Below the pieces are notes generated by a model that saw only the letters and a list, made by a program, of their open reading frames with translations, ran no database searches and was not told the DNA's origin. From the NCBI GenBank assembly GCA_024704765.1, contig JAKMXF010000199.1, positions 493,074-557,073 of the forward strand: 64,000 bases of DNA. The letters run 5' to 3'. Positions 1 to 13,420 of the stretch are shown here, one piece after another; within the stretch, counting starts at the first letter, position 1, and each line of letters opens with the position of its first letter. The position numbers and the translations under genes are program-made. This DNA is from Oopsacas minuta (lineage: Eukaryota > Animalia > Porifera).

Positions 1-412
1 ACAATGATCCTAAGCACAAATCAAAGTTAGTCAAAGGATGAATGTCTGAGAATATGCCGAAATGTGTGTTTGAATGGCCAAGTGAATCACCAGATCTTAA
101 CCTATCGAATATGTGTTTGCAGTCTTGAAGGGACATGTTAGCAAACAACATCCTAAGAACTTAGCAGAGCTGGAAACTTCTATTTTGGGAGTTTGGGATT
201 CACTGTCACCGGAATTCCTAAGACCTTATTGGAAATCAATGAAGCGTAGGTGTCAGATGGTGATTGACAATAACGGAAATAAGATTAACTACTAATTTGA
301 GTATACTGTAAACTAATTGATATCACCTTAAACAATATATGACATAAAATTCAGATGTTTTTATAGAATAACATTTACTTTAACAGTGTTGCAATAATTC
401 TTGGACAGACTG
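1..412 (+). mobile_element. Tc1-like (DD34E) transposon, 3' part, degenerate; runs off the window start
   Basis: Reads (D)NDPKH...WPSESPDLN-IEYVFAVLK...NGNKINY*; ORF 113-295 is the C-terminus. D-to-E spacing is 34 after correcting frameshifts. Right TIR ends ...CTTGGACAGACTG at 412, followed by TA. Confidence 0.85.
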
Positions 413-645
413 TATATATATATTCTTATACTAATTATATTCAAAGTCTGTGAATCCACAAATATGGCTGTATTAACATGCCCATTAGATACTGATTATT
501 ATTGACAATTCGGCCATTTGAAATATATAATGGTCCTTGATTTTCTAGATAAGTATACTATAACCACTATATATAGTATAATAAATATTTGATTAAGTTG
601 TATTTCGCAATTCAATCCTCAATATTTCCATTGTGATATTTCTAA

Positions 646-3398
646 ATGGCCATACCAATTGAAGTATCATCTCTCTATGATAATTATCATCTTGATATTC
701 TTTATCGAGATTGTAGGTTTTGTTGCAATCGGCTTGCTTCCAAAGCTCTGGTAAGGGAACCCCTTCGGCAACCAACTCCGCAACTGGTATCAAATAGAGC
801 CCAGAAATATTACCAAGTTAACTTTGCACCAGTGGTAGGTGATTTACTAACACCAAAAGTGTTATGTAGCATTTGTCGGGCTAAGTTTTCAAACTTAGAA
901 AAAGGAAAATTGACTTTCAATAAATGGGAACAAGATCGAAAGAATATCGAGTTTCCACAAACAATTGAAGAAAGGCTATATATCACGAGAAGAACTGTGG
1001 GGTGTAACTCAGAATATCGCAATCAAATTTGGCAGGTCTTTGCATCTTCTCTCAACAATTACATAACGAAGAATAAAATCAGAACCCTAGACCTGGTAGG
1101 CCATTAGAATAGTTACCATACAGACCGATGTGTTGCAAATGTGGGAAATATATGGAAAATCACTCTAAGAAAATTTGTCAAAGCATTATGTTACACCTAT
1201 TAAATATTCAAATGCAGGTGCGCTATTTGCCGAAAGAGCAGAAGCTTCAGGTTTCACTAGTGAAGTTGCAGCAAAATACACTAAAAACACACCAATACAA
1301 GTGGACGATCTTCATATTCCAGTTAGTTTGCATCATCCTTACGATTCCAACCACCAAATCGTGGTATCTACAGTTGACTATGCAGGCTGCAATCGTGTGA
1401 ATACATAAATGAGCTTTGAAGCTGCTCGAAATATTCAAAGATTAGGCCACCCAGATCTTGGAAAACTTTCTTACCGGGAATTAGTCAGAATACTACCTCG
1501 AGAAGGAGTTACGTTCCCTGCTGGTCGAATCAAAGGAGCTTGGGATGAAAAATTGTTTGTTTCGGTGTGTATTTTACGCAAGGTACACTTGAGATATACC
1601 GTGGCAATATGGCTATTCTACCAGAGCCGATACCATTTTGTTTTGCATTGATAACAAAGTCCTTCAAATATTGGAACCCATAACCAATTCAATCGAATTT
1701 CCCGTTTAGTATTACATATCGATGGGAAGAAAGATTTTTTGAAGATATCTGTGAACATTCTCTCCATGAAGCCCAAAAGTATATATATATGCCAATTACT
1801 AATAGTGTCCTAACTAATTTTGTCATAGCTATGGGAAAGGGTCCTGAGAACTATCACAATCTGAAACACTTGTTTACTTATCCATCAATACATAAACTAT
1901 TCACTTTTGATTTTCTAGTCCAAACTGCTTGCGAGTTTAAAGTAGCAGCTCTGCTTGTTGCGATCCAACAATCTTCCAGCAATTTCCCTTGTCTCTTTTG
2001 TTCGTGGTGCAATGCTACTTTATGTACCGGTATAACTAATCAATAGAGGAACCGTGAAGAATCGTTAATAGATATTTCCAAAATATCATAACGTCATCAA
2101 TGAACCTATCATTATTAGGACTGAGTCAGTTTTGGAAAAATTGCTCTCGCTCCATTACTTATTCTTTTGGGATTGGTAAACAAATTATACAGTATTACAA
2201 GGCCTAGTGATTGTTGATCTAATATCTTCAGATCAGAATATTGAAAAGGTACTCTCGAGGGCAATTCATGTTCAAGCTCTTAGACTATTTAGATGTATCC
2301 AATTCCCGAAATTTTCTGCAAATTCGAAAGTGCATTAATTGCATTGAAGCATGTAAAAGAGAAGTGTCAATGCAATGTAAAGAAAGTTTGATGGCCTACA
2401 GTATTAGAAATTTTCATGGCATGGTATAATATAGGTTTGTCATGGTCTTTGAAATCGCATATTCTCTCAGTTCATAATGAAGAGTATTTCAGTTATTATG
2501 AAATTATCCCTGATGCAGGAGCAGCCATCAGTTAAGAGCAAGTGGTGAAATACTCCATTCACGATTATAACGAGTATGGATCATCTCTTCAAGACAAGAG
2601 CAGAAAATCCTATTTACTCACAACGTCTTGTTGATTATATGGTCACATACAATTATAACCTGGAGTGGGATAGAGCTTTGAGATCAAACGCTGAAAATCT
2701 CGAAAAATATATTCAAGAAATTGATATTGATGACGAATTGATTGAAGAGAATGAAAAGAGAGTAGAATTGCATAATTGGCTAACTGATTCTGAAAATTCA
2801 GATCTAAGTGATTTAGATTGTTAGCAAATAACTAAATACACTTTTACAATTCCAAAAAAAGATTCATTATGCTCAACTATGTAGGTATCTAATAAATATG
2901 AGAAATTATAACATATATATGCTGTAAATATTGAATGATTGAGTTTTAATACTACCAATTATGGATAGGTGTTCATTATTCAAATTGTACTCTCAAATGG
3001 TAGTAATGGATACCATTATGACCATATATAGCACACTTATGGATAATAATGCACATGAATAATACCGAGAAATTTGATATATAGTATCAATTTTGGTCAT
3101 TTGCGAAAAAATTGAAAGTCACGGGGGATATGTCCCTCAAACACCCGATATTCACATACAAGGGGACATACCTCAGAAAGGGTTTGTTAGATATTCGTAA
3201 TGTTTTGAGAAATTGTCGCAGATATAGAATAGCTGTAATATAAATAGTCACAAGCCAGATATTGAGTCAAATTAACCTTCTTGAGATCTGTAGCCAAAGT
3301 GATTAGGACAAAACAGCTCAAAATTCAAATTTGAAAAAATCATCTTCCGACGTCACAAAGGTCAGTAAATAGCAATTCCTTACTCAACAAACATTGTG
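646..3398 (+). mobile_element. Degenerate Chapaev/Transib-like (RAG1-related DDE) transposon relic
   Basis: N-terminal CRFC...PKVLCSICR zinc-finger-like segment (ORF 646-1107). HIDGKKDFLKISV at ~1715. CEFKVAALLVAIQQSSSNFPCLFC (second acidic residue plus CxxC) at ~1930-2010. LH..LGLVNKLY at ~2150. S-EQVV..SIHDY at ~2530. Acidic C-terminal tail to 2824. Putative right end CATTGTG at 3392-3398, followed by TTA. Left end not seen. Confidence 0.6.
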
Positions 3399-3449
3399 TT
3401 ACATAATCTATATGCTCTTTTGCGTTGAAATTTTTATAATCGTTTCATA

Positions 3450-4405
3450 GATAATTTACACCCGTGTGTAGTGCATGTACAAGTATTTATATGCTCAAAA
3501 ATTACCTCACTGTGGTGCATGTGCAAGTAATAATAGTTTCAAAAATGATCCCATGTAGATAATAAACAAGTATTTATTGAGTTAAATAGGACCCCAGTGT
3601 AGTGAATATACAAGTATCTACATGATCAAAAATGACCTCAGTGTAGACAGTGCACAAGTGTTCTAGGGCAAAAATGATCCCAGTTTAGAGCATGTACAAG
3701 TATTTACAGGGTAAATATTACCTCAGTCTAGTACATGCACTAGTATTTATACCGTCAAAAATTACCCTGTGTAGTGCATGAACGGGACTATAAAAGGTCA
3801 AAAAGACACCGGTGTTGTGCATTTACGAGTATATATAGGATTAAAAATGAACACTGTGGAGTGGGAGTACAAGTGTTTTCAGTTTTAAAAATTACCTCTG
3901 TGTATTGCATCTACGTGTATTTACAGGGTCAATATTTACCCCAGGGTGGTGAGTATACTAGTAGTTATAGGCTTAAACATGACCCCAGTGTAGTACATAG
4001 TATTAATAGGGTCAAGAGCGACCTCTGTTTATTCATGTTCAACTATTTATAGGGTAAAGATTACCAGAGTCTAGTACATGCAGTAGTATTTATAGGGTCC
4101 AAATTGACCCCAATGTGGTGCAGGTATAAGTGTATATAGGGTCAAAAATATCCTTTGTGCAAAGCATGGACTCTATGTATATTTTCAAAATTAACCCCAG
4201 TGTAGTGCATGTACTAGTATAAATTGGTTAAAAACTACTCTCTTTGTAGTACATCTCTACGATGTATGAGTGTAAATACGGTTCCAGTGTAGTGCATGCT
4301 CAAGTATTGATAGTGTCAAAATGACCTCTGTATATTGCATGTATAAGTCTTTATAGGGTAAAAATGATCCCAAATTCATGTACAAGTATAAATAGGCTCA
4401 AAACA
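3450..4405. repeat. Degenerate ~44-bp minisatellite, about 22 units
   Basis: Recurring consensus AAAAATGACCCCAGTGTAGTGCATGTACAAGTATTTATAGGGTC with a period of about 44 bp. Confidence 0.9.
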
Positions 4406-4999
4406 GACCAGCCTGGAATCGGTACCCGAGTTTCCGACACTTGAGACTCGCACAGTTAAAATTATTAGTGATACTGATTTAGCTACAGCTCTCTGTAAGA
4501 TTTCTGGGAAAGATACTCAACTCACAATGTCACTATTCACGCATTTATGGTATGTGATTTTTGTTACCGACAAGAAATATTCGTGGTATTCAGTGCGATT
4601 ATTTATTCTAATATGTTTTCAATAGACAATCCTACGAAATCAGTTCCTCGAATTCAGGGTTTGCAAATCATTATCTTAGGGTATACCGGATTTAGCTCTT
4701 ATGCACCCAGATTTGTATGCAAATTCACCATGACTATCGAAGAGAGCATTGCTAGTACCTTAGGCAGATCATCATAGAATAGTCTCTATTTACTATTCTA
4801 TGTTCGATGTTACTTCGGAACAAGTTGACGTGTAATTAGATCAAAATCTATCCTCGGGAATGCTTTTTTGATACACTAGGACAGAAATATAGCAACCAAG
4901 GGGGGGGTAGCAGATTGCGAACTGTTTGACGCTGCTGTGTATACTACTCTAGCCTTCGGAGTCAATTATCCAGATGCTCGGTGGAACCAAAATCGCATG

Positions 5000-7900
5000 C
5001 GCTCGCATCTGTCATTGTACTTAATGAACCAAAGGTATCACTCTTCCTAACACATATACTTAAGATTGGCATTGAAAAGGCTGAAAATTCGAAGCAGGAG
5101 GGAGATGAGTATATGACTCTACTGTATCTGCAATATGCCCGAATATTACAGACGATTTATGGTGAAATGTACAGTTTGCCAGGGTTGGTATCACAATCCA
5201 TGTATGAAATTCTCGGATAACCACAAGTTAACAACAAGAACAGCGAAGTTATTTAAATGTCATGCAAGTGCACTGATTGATACTCTTGTATAAATTCATA
5301 TACTAATTATACCAAATAAAGATAGTTATATTATCATGGGTATCTATCCGATATATCTCTATTTGACTCGCCTAAAAGATAGCGGGTGGTGTAAATTATA
5401 TTCTAAATTTTAATGCAAGCTATCTGCGGTGAAATCCATCGTTGCCGAGACTAAAGTTGCTCACAGACTTGTGAGTTAATAGTTGTTACTACTCTTGTTT
5501 GAATGTTTCGCATTGAGTAGGCAGGATTACATATGATTAATAGAGTGAAGCCTGTCAATCAAAAATGTACTGTTGCGAAAAGCAGTGGGATCTCAAAAAG
5601 ATGGAAGGGTTATCAAGCGTAAATTCTTCTGAAAGTTGTATATTTTACATGAAAATAGTAATGAAATGCATCGCTGGCTTGCGTTGCAAGCGTGTGCAAG
5701 TGACATATAAGTATGACAATTATTAATTTACTTATTAAACAAGTGTTGTGTGGATTGCAAGCATTATCATAGATGGCAAACTTAGGTATGATCTAGAAAT
5801 AACGCATCATAATGTTAAATATGGTCACGGTTGATTCCCCAGAGGTGAGTATCTTAAACACGCAATAGAAGCCATGACGCCATGACATGGTTATCACCCC
5901 GGAAGAAAAAGCTTTGCGTCTAGGGTAGTCTTTGTACAACTCTGTTCTTTGTTACCATCTGCTATATCATAATTTGTTAGCCTAAAGAAGAGAAGATTGT
6001 AAAGGCAAACAAATTCAATCAAAAACTAACTTCTATTCATAACAAAATTCATGTTCAAATACCGGAAAGGAATCAAGGCAATTTTGGCTGATATTGACTG
6101 CTACATGTCTTCTGGTTGGTTGTGTATATGGATATAGATGCTCAACCTTTTCAATAATACTAAACAATAACTTCGAGACTACTGGATGGAGACGTACCAA
6201 TTTAGGCGGAAGAACCTCAAGTTCGTAAGAGTGAAAAAATGATTTAAAGTTGACCATCTTCCTGTATAATATCTCTATCTGTTTTACGTTTACTGGCACA
6301 AAAGCAGCAAAGTCCATAACTAACATTAACTAGTCTTCATTCAAATAGAAAGTTGTACATGTTCCGTGCAGTCCTCATCATTTCACTATATTCATAGAGT
6401 AGTTCATAGTGAACAAAGTATCGATTATTGAGGTTAATAAGATGTTCGTTACCTTGGTGAAATTTTCACAGGTACATGGACCACGACAAGTTGACTTATA
6501 AACAATATATATCATATAGTGTAAAAAATTATTGTAGTTGCATCAACTCTTTGAGATTATAATGTACCTTGATGATTTGGGAGAGAAATTGAATCACTTT
6601 CCCAGGAACTATAATTCTTTGATCTATATCGAGAGATGTCAGGATCCCGTTAAGCAGATTTCCTTTAATCAGATATTATAGAGCGAAAGTAGATTCCAAC
6701 TTTCGAATCTTCTAAGGTTGTTCGATCTTAATTACTCTTCTGCGTCTAGCTCTGCTGAAGGCACCATTTCTCTGAAAGAATATCTCAACCGATTGCTGAC
6801 GACTATGATTGTATACATCAGGAACAACTTGATATAGAACATTATCCCACCAAATTGAACGAAATCTCGCTTCCTGAAATAGAAGTCTCCTAAATAGAAT
6901 GTCTCGATTATATTGCAGGATATGCAGTCTTTTCTAACGATAAGAAGTCTAATGGTTGTCAATCTTGTCCAGGCTTTTTAACTTCAGATAAACTTCTCGG
7001 AGTTAACAATGATATCGGATCCCAGTATACTTTGATAGAGCAGGGGCGTAGACACGAGTTAATAAGTGGGGGGACTTAAAGTTGTGTGGGGCACAAAGCT
7101 CGCCTAAAGATTGTCTTAATTATCTCCCTATCTAAGTTTCTATCTCTAGCATGTCTCTATTATCTTGGCTAACAAGTACAAAAGAAACAGTTGGTAACGT
7201 AGGCGAAACATTACCCACGAGTGGCAGTGAGCACGAGGATGAACTGCCTACCGACTTGAATCACACTGAGAAACCTGTACAGTCATCCAGCCAACTTATG
7301 GAAACAGAGCTGGCCTGCTTGGTTCCAGAGAGTCCCTACCAACCATTCTTGTTATTTCCTCAGCATTCATTTGGCAACCAACAGCGAGCATTCTGTTCAT
7401 CTTGGTACAGCAAATATCCATGGCTACATTACCAAGAAGTATGTGACAGCGTCCTTTGCTTCTACTGTTTGGTGGCTTATAAGCGTGGGCTAGGTTCTAT
7501 TGCTAGCAACAAGTCATCGGATGATAAATTCACAAAGATTGGCTTTTCAAACTGGAAGAAGGCACTTACAAAGTTTGATAAACATCAGAATTCACTCTCT
7601 CATCGTGATGCTATAGACCAGGTTATGTGTAGAAATAAGGATGTTGGTGAAATTTTGAGGAAAGGGTATGCAGAAGAAAAAGCTGAAAACAGAAGGATGC
7701 TACAAATAATTATCACTAGTATACGCTATCTTGGCAGACAAGGTCTTGCTTTGCGTGGACATTATAAAACTGGAGATGACATTGTTGAGAGAGGTGAGAC
7801 GGATTCAAACTTTATACAGCTCCTCAAGACACGTGCTGAAGATAATCCAGGCCTCTTCAACTGAATGAAAAAATCTCAATCCAAATTCACTAGCCCAGAC

Positions 7901-10010
7901 ATACAGAATGAGATTCTCAGTATCATGGCATTGATGATTCTGAGGAAGATTGCAAGTGAACTGTCAGGAAAGATTTATACAATCATGGTAGATGAAACTA
8001 CAGATCTGTCTAACACAGAACAGATGGTCTTGTGCCTACGGTATGTAGATGATGATCTGGAAGTGCATGAAGAGGTGATAGGGCTACACACCTTAGAGTC
8101 CACTTCTGCAGACATGATAGTCTCAACAATTCAGGATATACTGCTGCGCTTAAATATAAGAATTGATCACTGCCGTGGCCAATGCTACGATGGGGCCTAC
8201 AATATGTCAGGAGTAAGGTCAGGTGTCGCAACGCAACTTATTCGTCTGGAATCCCGTGCATTATATACCCACTGTTATGGGCACGCACTAAATCTAGCAA
8301 CTCAGGATGCACTGAAGGGTGTGAAAATTATGAAAGATGCCCTGGATACGGTGTTTGAAATCACCAAGCTTATAAAGAAATCACCTAAACGCGATATTAT
8401 CTTCCAAAGGTTTAAAGATGATGTCACCATTGCTTCTCCAGGACTTCGTGTTCTGTGCCCAACACGCTGGACTGTCAGGGCTGAAGCACTAGCATCAATA
8501 GCTGAGAACTATCATGCACTGCAGTTAACATGGGATGTTGCAAAGGACGCCACGAGAGACACAGAAATGAGAGCACGGATAGGAGAGTTGCCGCTCAAAT
8601 GGAGAAGTTTGACTTTTTTTATGGGATTTCACTTGGTAGAAAGCTTCTCAACATAGTAGACAACCTATCTCGCTCTATGCAAGCAAAAAATATTTCAGCA
8701 TGTGATGGACAAAGACTTGTTGATATGACGCATAAAACACTCCAGTCTATGAGAACTGATGAGTGTTTTGGATTATTCTGGGGGTACCTTGAATGCAGAA
8801 GATCCTCAGTTGATGTGTCATCACCCACGCTTCCACGACGTAAAAAGGTTCCACGACGTTTTGAAAAAGGGGATTGTGCTCCAGAATATCCAACAACGGT
8901 GCAAGATAACTATCGAAGGATCTACCTTGAGGCAATTGAACTCATAGTGACGACCATCACAAACAGATTTCAGCAAAAGGGATTCAAAATGATGCAGAAA
9001 TTGGAGACAGTTCTAACTTCCGTCCAACAACCCCAGCTATCCGAAGGAATAAAAGATGTTGTTGAATTTTATTGTCCTGACTTTAACCATCCAGACTGTC
9101 TCCTTACACAATTGAACATCCTTCATACCAGTACTGATAACCCAATGACTGATTTAGAGTCCATAGTTACACACCTTAAATCTTTAGGAATAGCAGAGAG
9201 GGTATTCTTTTCTGAAGTGATAAAGGCAGTCAAGATCATTCTTGTAATGCCAGCAACTAACGCTGTAAGCGAGAGAAGTTTCAGTGCACTCCGCAGGCTG
9301 AAGACGTGGCTACGTACTACTACAACGCAATCAAGGCTGAACTGGTGTATGCTGCTACATGTTCACAAGGAGAAGACAGATGCCTTACAAATGATAAGCG
9401 TGGGTAATGAATTCATATCACGTAATGATAGTCGAGTGCAACTATTTGGTAAATTCTAGTTCACTAAAGTATTTTGTCTAGAAGTATATCTGGTAATATC
9501 TTAGTAATTATCTAATATGAGTTAACGAATCCTTAGATTTGAGGTGGGAGGGTTGGCATTACACAGGCATATTTGAAAACAAAATAATGTTCATTAGGTA
9601 GGCCTGCGGCATTTTCAAGAGAGGGGAGGGCAAATAGTCCCCCATAGGGGGTGGATAGATAAAATCTTATGTATGAGCTACAAAAACTGGGGGGGCTAAA
9701 GCCCCCCCAGCCCCCCCGGTGTCTACGCCCTTGTAGAGTTAGTGGATAGAAGCTCCCTTAAATGTCCTCCTCGGCATGTGGTGAAATGTGTGAATATCTT
9801 ATATGAAACCTTTATTCAAATTGCCAAGAGTGACTCCCTGAGCAAGGAATTCTATACTGAACGATCTCGTAGGTTGTTGGTAACAATATCTATTAGCCTT
9901 ATTGAAGATAGATACAGTGATATCTGGAAAGATTAGTGTTTTTGTGGTGTCTGGAATTGGAAAATATTGAGAAAATGTTGATTAAGATGGTCAAATATCA
10001 TCCTGTCGAA
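5000..10010 (+). pseudogene. P-element/THAP9-like transposase relic, split by a hAT insertion at 7041-9733
   Basis: Fragments FDLYREMSGS/ISFNQIL*SESRFQLSNLLRLF (~6620-6730) and CLDYIAGYAVF..KKSNGCQSC..QYTLIE (6900-7040) continue in frame after the insertion as LVDRSSLKCPP (9739 onward). These match the P-superfamily C-terminal pattern YIAGY..CxxC..DRGGL. The 5' boundary is approximate. Confidence 0.7.
7041..9733 (+). mobile_element. hAT transposon (ZMYM1-like transposase) with a 5-bp TSD, near-intact
   Basis: TIRs CAGGGGCGTAGACAC and GTGTCTACGCCCTTG; flanks TAGAG|...|TAGAG. ORFs 7151-7864, 7865-8656 and 8530-9459 join into one transposase (TTF zinc finger, MVDETTD, QCYDGA, HCYGH, TRW, SERSFSALRRLKT) with one nonsense codon (7862-7864) and one frameshift (~8585). 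Confidence 0.93.
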
Positions 10011-10173
10011 GAGGGTTCACAATTATAATGTAATGGTCTTAAATAGAGATAACGCTGAACTATAAATATATACCTCATTTTCTTTATTATTTTGTTCTAG
10101 ATACGGTATTAAACTATTACTGCATGCCTGCCTGACGAGTGGAGAGAGTGAGAGAACGAAGATCCAGACAATA

Positions 10174-10243
10174 GAGCGGAACCTCCCGAAGCGGGGGACC
10201 TAATCTTGGGGACTCAACTTCCCCGCTTTGGGAGGTTTCACTG
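10174..10243. mobile_element. About 70-bp internally deleted pogo/Tigger-type miniature element
   Basis: TA-GAGCGGAACCTCCCGAAGCGGGGGA ... TCCCCGCTTTGGGAGGTTTCACTG-TA: a ~24-bp imperfect inverted repeat of CAGTG(G/A)AACC type with TA on both sides. Confidence 0.6.
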
Positions 10244-13200
10244 TAAATGAATTATTATCATTTTAATCTTAATTTATTGATATATACTTATCTAGTACTG
10301 TAATGTTGTTAATGGAATGTGTTTCTACTATTATTGTATAATAATATAGTAACTATAATTGGGTTGGGAGGTTGGAAATCATTAAAATATAGCAAATGTT
10401 ACATTAGAGCACTTTAGAATAGCGTTGAAAGACATTATAACAATTACAAGTGTAATTGCCATCCACGGTCCAGAATTTGAATAGAGTGCCATTACCTTAG
10501 TGTATAGATTGCTATGAATGATCCTACCAGTAGGGATGCTAATTTCTTGTAACCCTTTTTAGAACATCTCCAAACTCTCCCTTCGTTACCTTAGAAAATA
10601 CACCTTCCGACATGTTTACACCGCATTTACATCTCACACCTCTTGCTATTAATCTTGAACCCTCACCCAATTAATATAATTGTCACGCTTCCTTCAATCC
10701 AATCTCATCGACGAATGGAAAGATGTAGGCATCATTACAGGCAGGGATGTCCTGCTCTAATTATAAGTATGGGGGCGGTATTTCAAATTTCAAATTCAAT
10801 TGAATATATCCTAATTTCTAATACAAAATTCAAACAATATACCGATATTGAATTGATAAGATAAGTATGAATAATATCAAAGGCTTAGTAGTAATTCTGA
10901 GAATAGTGCTCCAACAAGTGATTGAGTACCCAAAATTATTTAACTAATAATACTTCCAAATTTCTTCGTGTTTTTGGGGCTCAGAATATTATAATTCATC
11001 ATTTTATAGATCATACATTCCAGAACATGTTGCTCATAATTTAATTATTACTTAATCAAAGGAATCATTTGAAATAGATATTTTGTTTACGATTAGCGCT
11101 AGATTCAGATAAAATAATACATAATTTAGGTAAAACTTCCCATTGTTCTTCAAAACAGGTACAATATATTCACGGTGCTATAAAGTAAACATTTGCTCCT
11201 CAACTCGACTTAATTAAAATGGAACAAATTTCAATTTAATTCAAATAGTGATTGTATGCTACTGTAGATATCAAGTACACAAAATTCAGAAACTTGTGAA
11301 ATAATTGTGACTTACCAATTTGATTTGTTAAAAAAGTATGGGAGCGGCGCTCCCATAAGAAGACACCACTGATTACAGGTGTAAATACGGGAGTTGCCAT
11401 GAAAATTACGAAAATCGTGAAAAATGTTAGTTTGAAATGATATGCTAAGCTTTATCATATATATTTCTCAGATATGTGATAACAATATCACTTCTTGTCG
11501 ATCTTTTTGGATTGAAGACTAGTCGGCAACGATATAGCCGTATATTTCGGAGGTCATGTGTGTAGATTCAGAAAAATGGACCTGGGTTATGTAACCAGAT
11601 TGACCAATAAACAGAGTGACTGTATATTTCAATATCCATGCGTTTTGGCTCGACAAAAAGTTTGGCATGTTAGTTGAAGAGAAAATTATCAAAGATAATA
11701 TATTAAAGTGTGCTCGATTTGTTTTGGTGCCAACTTCAAATTATTCTTAGTGTGTAGTCATTCCGGGTCTTGCGTCAACCCAATTTTCTGAATCCTTTAG
11801 GCAGGGCAGTCGATAGCCAGAACGGTACCGGGTTTAGTTTTTACCCGATCCATCGATATAATTCATAACAATATTTAGTCTTACACCTGGATTCACAAAG
11901 TTTTAGGAGTCAATGCTATCTCGCTAAATTCATTGCTTTGGTTAACAAAAACAATTGGGAGAGTTGGCAGCCTGGCATTTACTTACTGCAAATGGCTAAC
12001 CGTACAAGACTTTGCCTATATCTGTTGCTCTATACAGAAGTACAGTGGAAGCCGGTTAATTGGGACACCTCGGGAGTCAATGTTTTGTCCCGATTACCCG
12101 ATTATGATCTATTAAAGTTTCAAAACTAGTTTTCATGGTCCCAGACCATTATCAGAAACATTATAATACACTACTACTATTATATTCTGATTTATTTAGG
12201 GCATAGTAGGGATAAGTTGTTGTAGTAAGGGTATAGTCCCGTTTCAAGGGGCCATAAAAACTGCATTACTCAAGAATAGCTAAAAATTTTTGAAAGTATA
12301 AACTATATATTAACGAAAAAAGAGTCCATTGTAGTCTGTTTTTTACTGTTAATGACTTCGTCATGAACTTGGGTATCTATCTGCTGGAGCATAGGTAGTA
12401 AATTAGTCATACATTCAACTGAATGAAAATTCTCAAATCATCAACCATTTGTAACATTTGTTCTAGAGAGAGCCTAAAGTTATCACCACCATCATCATCA
12501 TCACCATCACTCTCAGAATCCTCTACTCTGATCTTCTTTCTTGCAATGCCCAACAATTCTACATCAGATACATCCCCACTAACAGGTATTTCACTATCTA
12601 TTGTAATAAAGTTTTCAAACTCATCTAATGACATGTTGGATGGTAGAGAAACGTCATCTAACATATGATCATCGTCAAGATTAAATTCATATCCTTCTGA
12701 TTGAATGAAATCACGTGGAACGAACCCACCTTTTTGATAACATTCTGCTATTGTATTACCTTCTACTGCATCCCAGGCATCCTACATAAGTAAAGTGCGT
12801 CTAAAAGAGTAATTGATTTAGCTATATCAAGGGCATACAAACTGAGATTGCCATCCATTGCATTGATAATACTTGAATTCAAGCGACTTTTATAATGGGC
12901 CTTCCAGTTTTTATCACACCCATATCCATTGGCTGCATTATGCTTGTAGTGTTAGCAGGCAGCAATTTTAGATATATATTGGTCAATGAAACACTCTTTG
13001 GGTGAGCAGAACAGTTGCCCACTAAAAGACATATATTCCTCTTGTTCATTCTAAGGAGCTATCTCACCCTCTTATCCACTTCTTGAAGATGAATCCCGTC
13101 ATCCAGGCGTTTTTTGTTGCTTCGTATAGAATAGGGAGCTTTGATAAATCTTTAGGGAATGAACGCGGTTGTTTACTCTTTCCAATAACAAGGAGGGGTA

Positions 13201-13420
13201 CTTCTCCGTACCACTCATATTAGCACAAAGCGTTACTGTAATCCTGTCTTTAGCCTTCTGTCCTCCTGGTAAATCGGTACCTTTGATGCTATATCCCTTA
13301 TCAGGAAAACTTCTGGAATACAACCCCGTCTCTTCCGCATTAAATATGTTTTCTGGAGTAAAATCATCCATGATTGTAGGAAGAATAGTGCTCTTCCAAT
13401 CTTCAGACCATTCAATACTA

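Noticed and set aside
3450-4405. CRISPR array
   Set aside because: Whole units are degenerate copies of each other, there are no unique spacers between conserved repeats, no cas genes, and the context is eukaryotic.
10400-11300. LINE reverse-transcriptase C-terminal remnant on the minus strand
   Set aside because: Only faint VK.LG.LI and SGPW-like echoes across several frames; too eroded to support.
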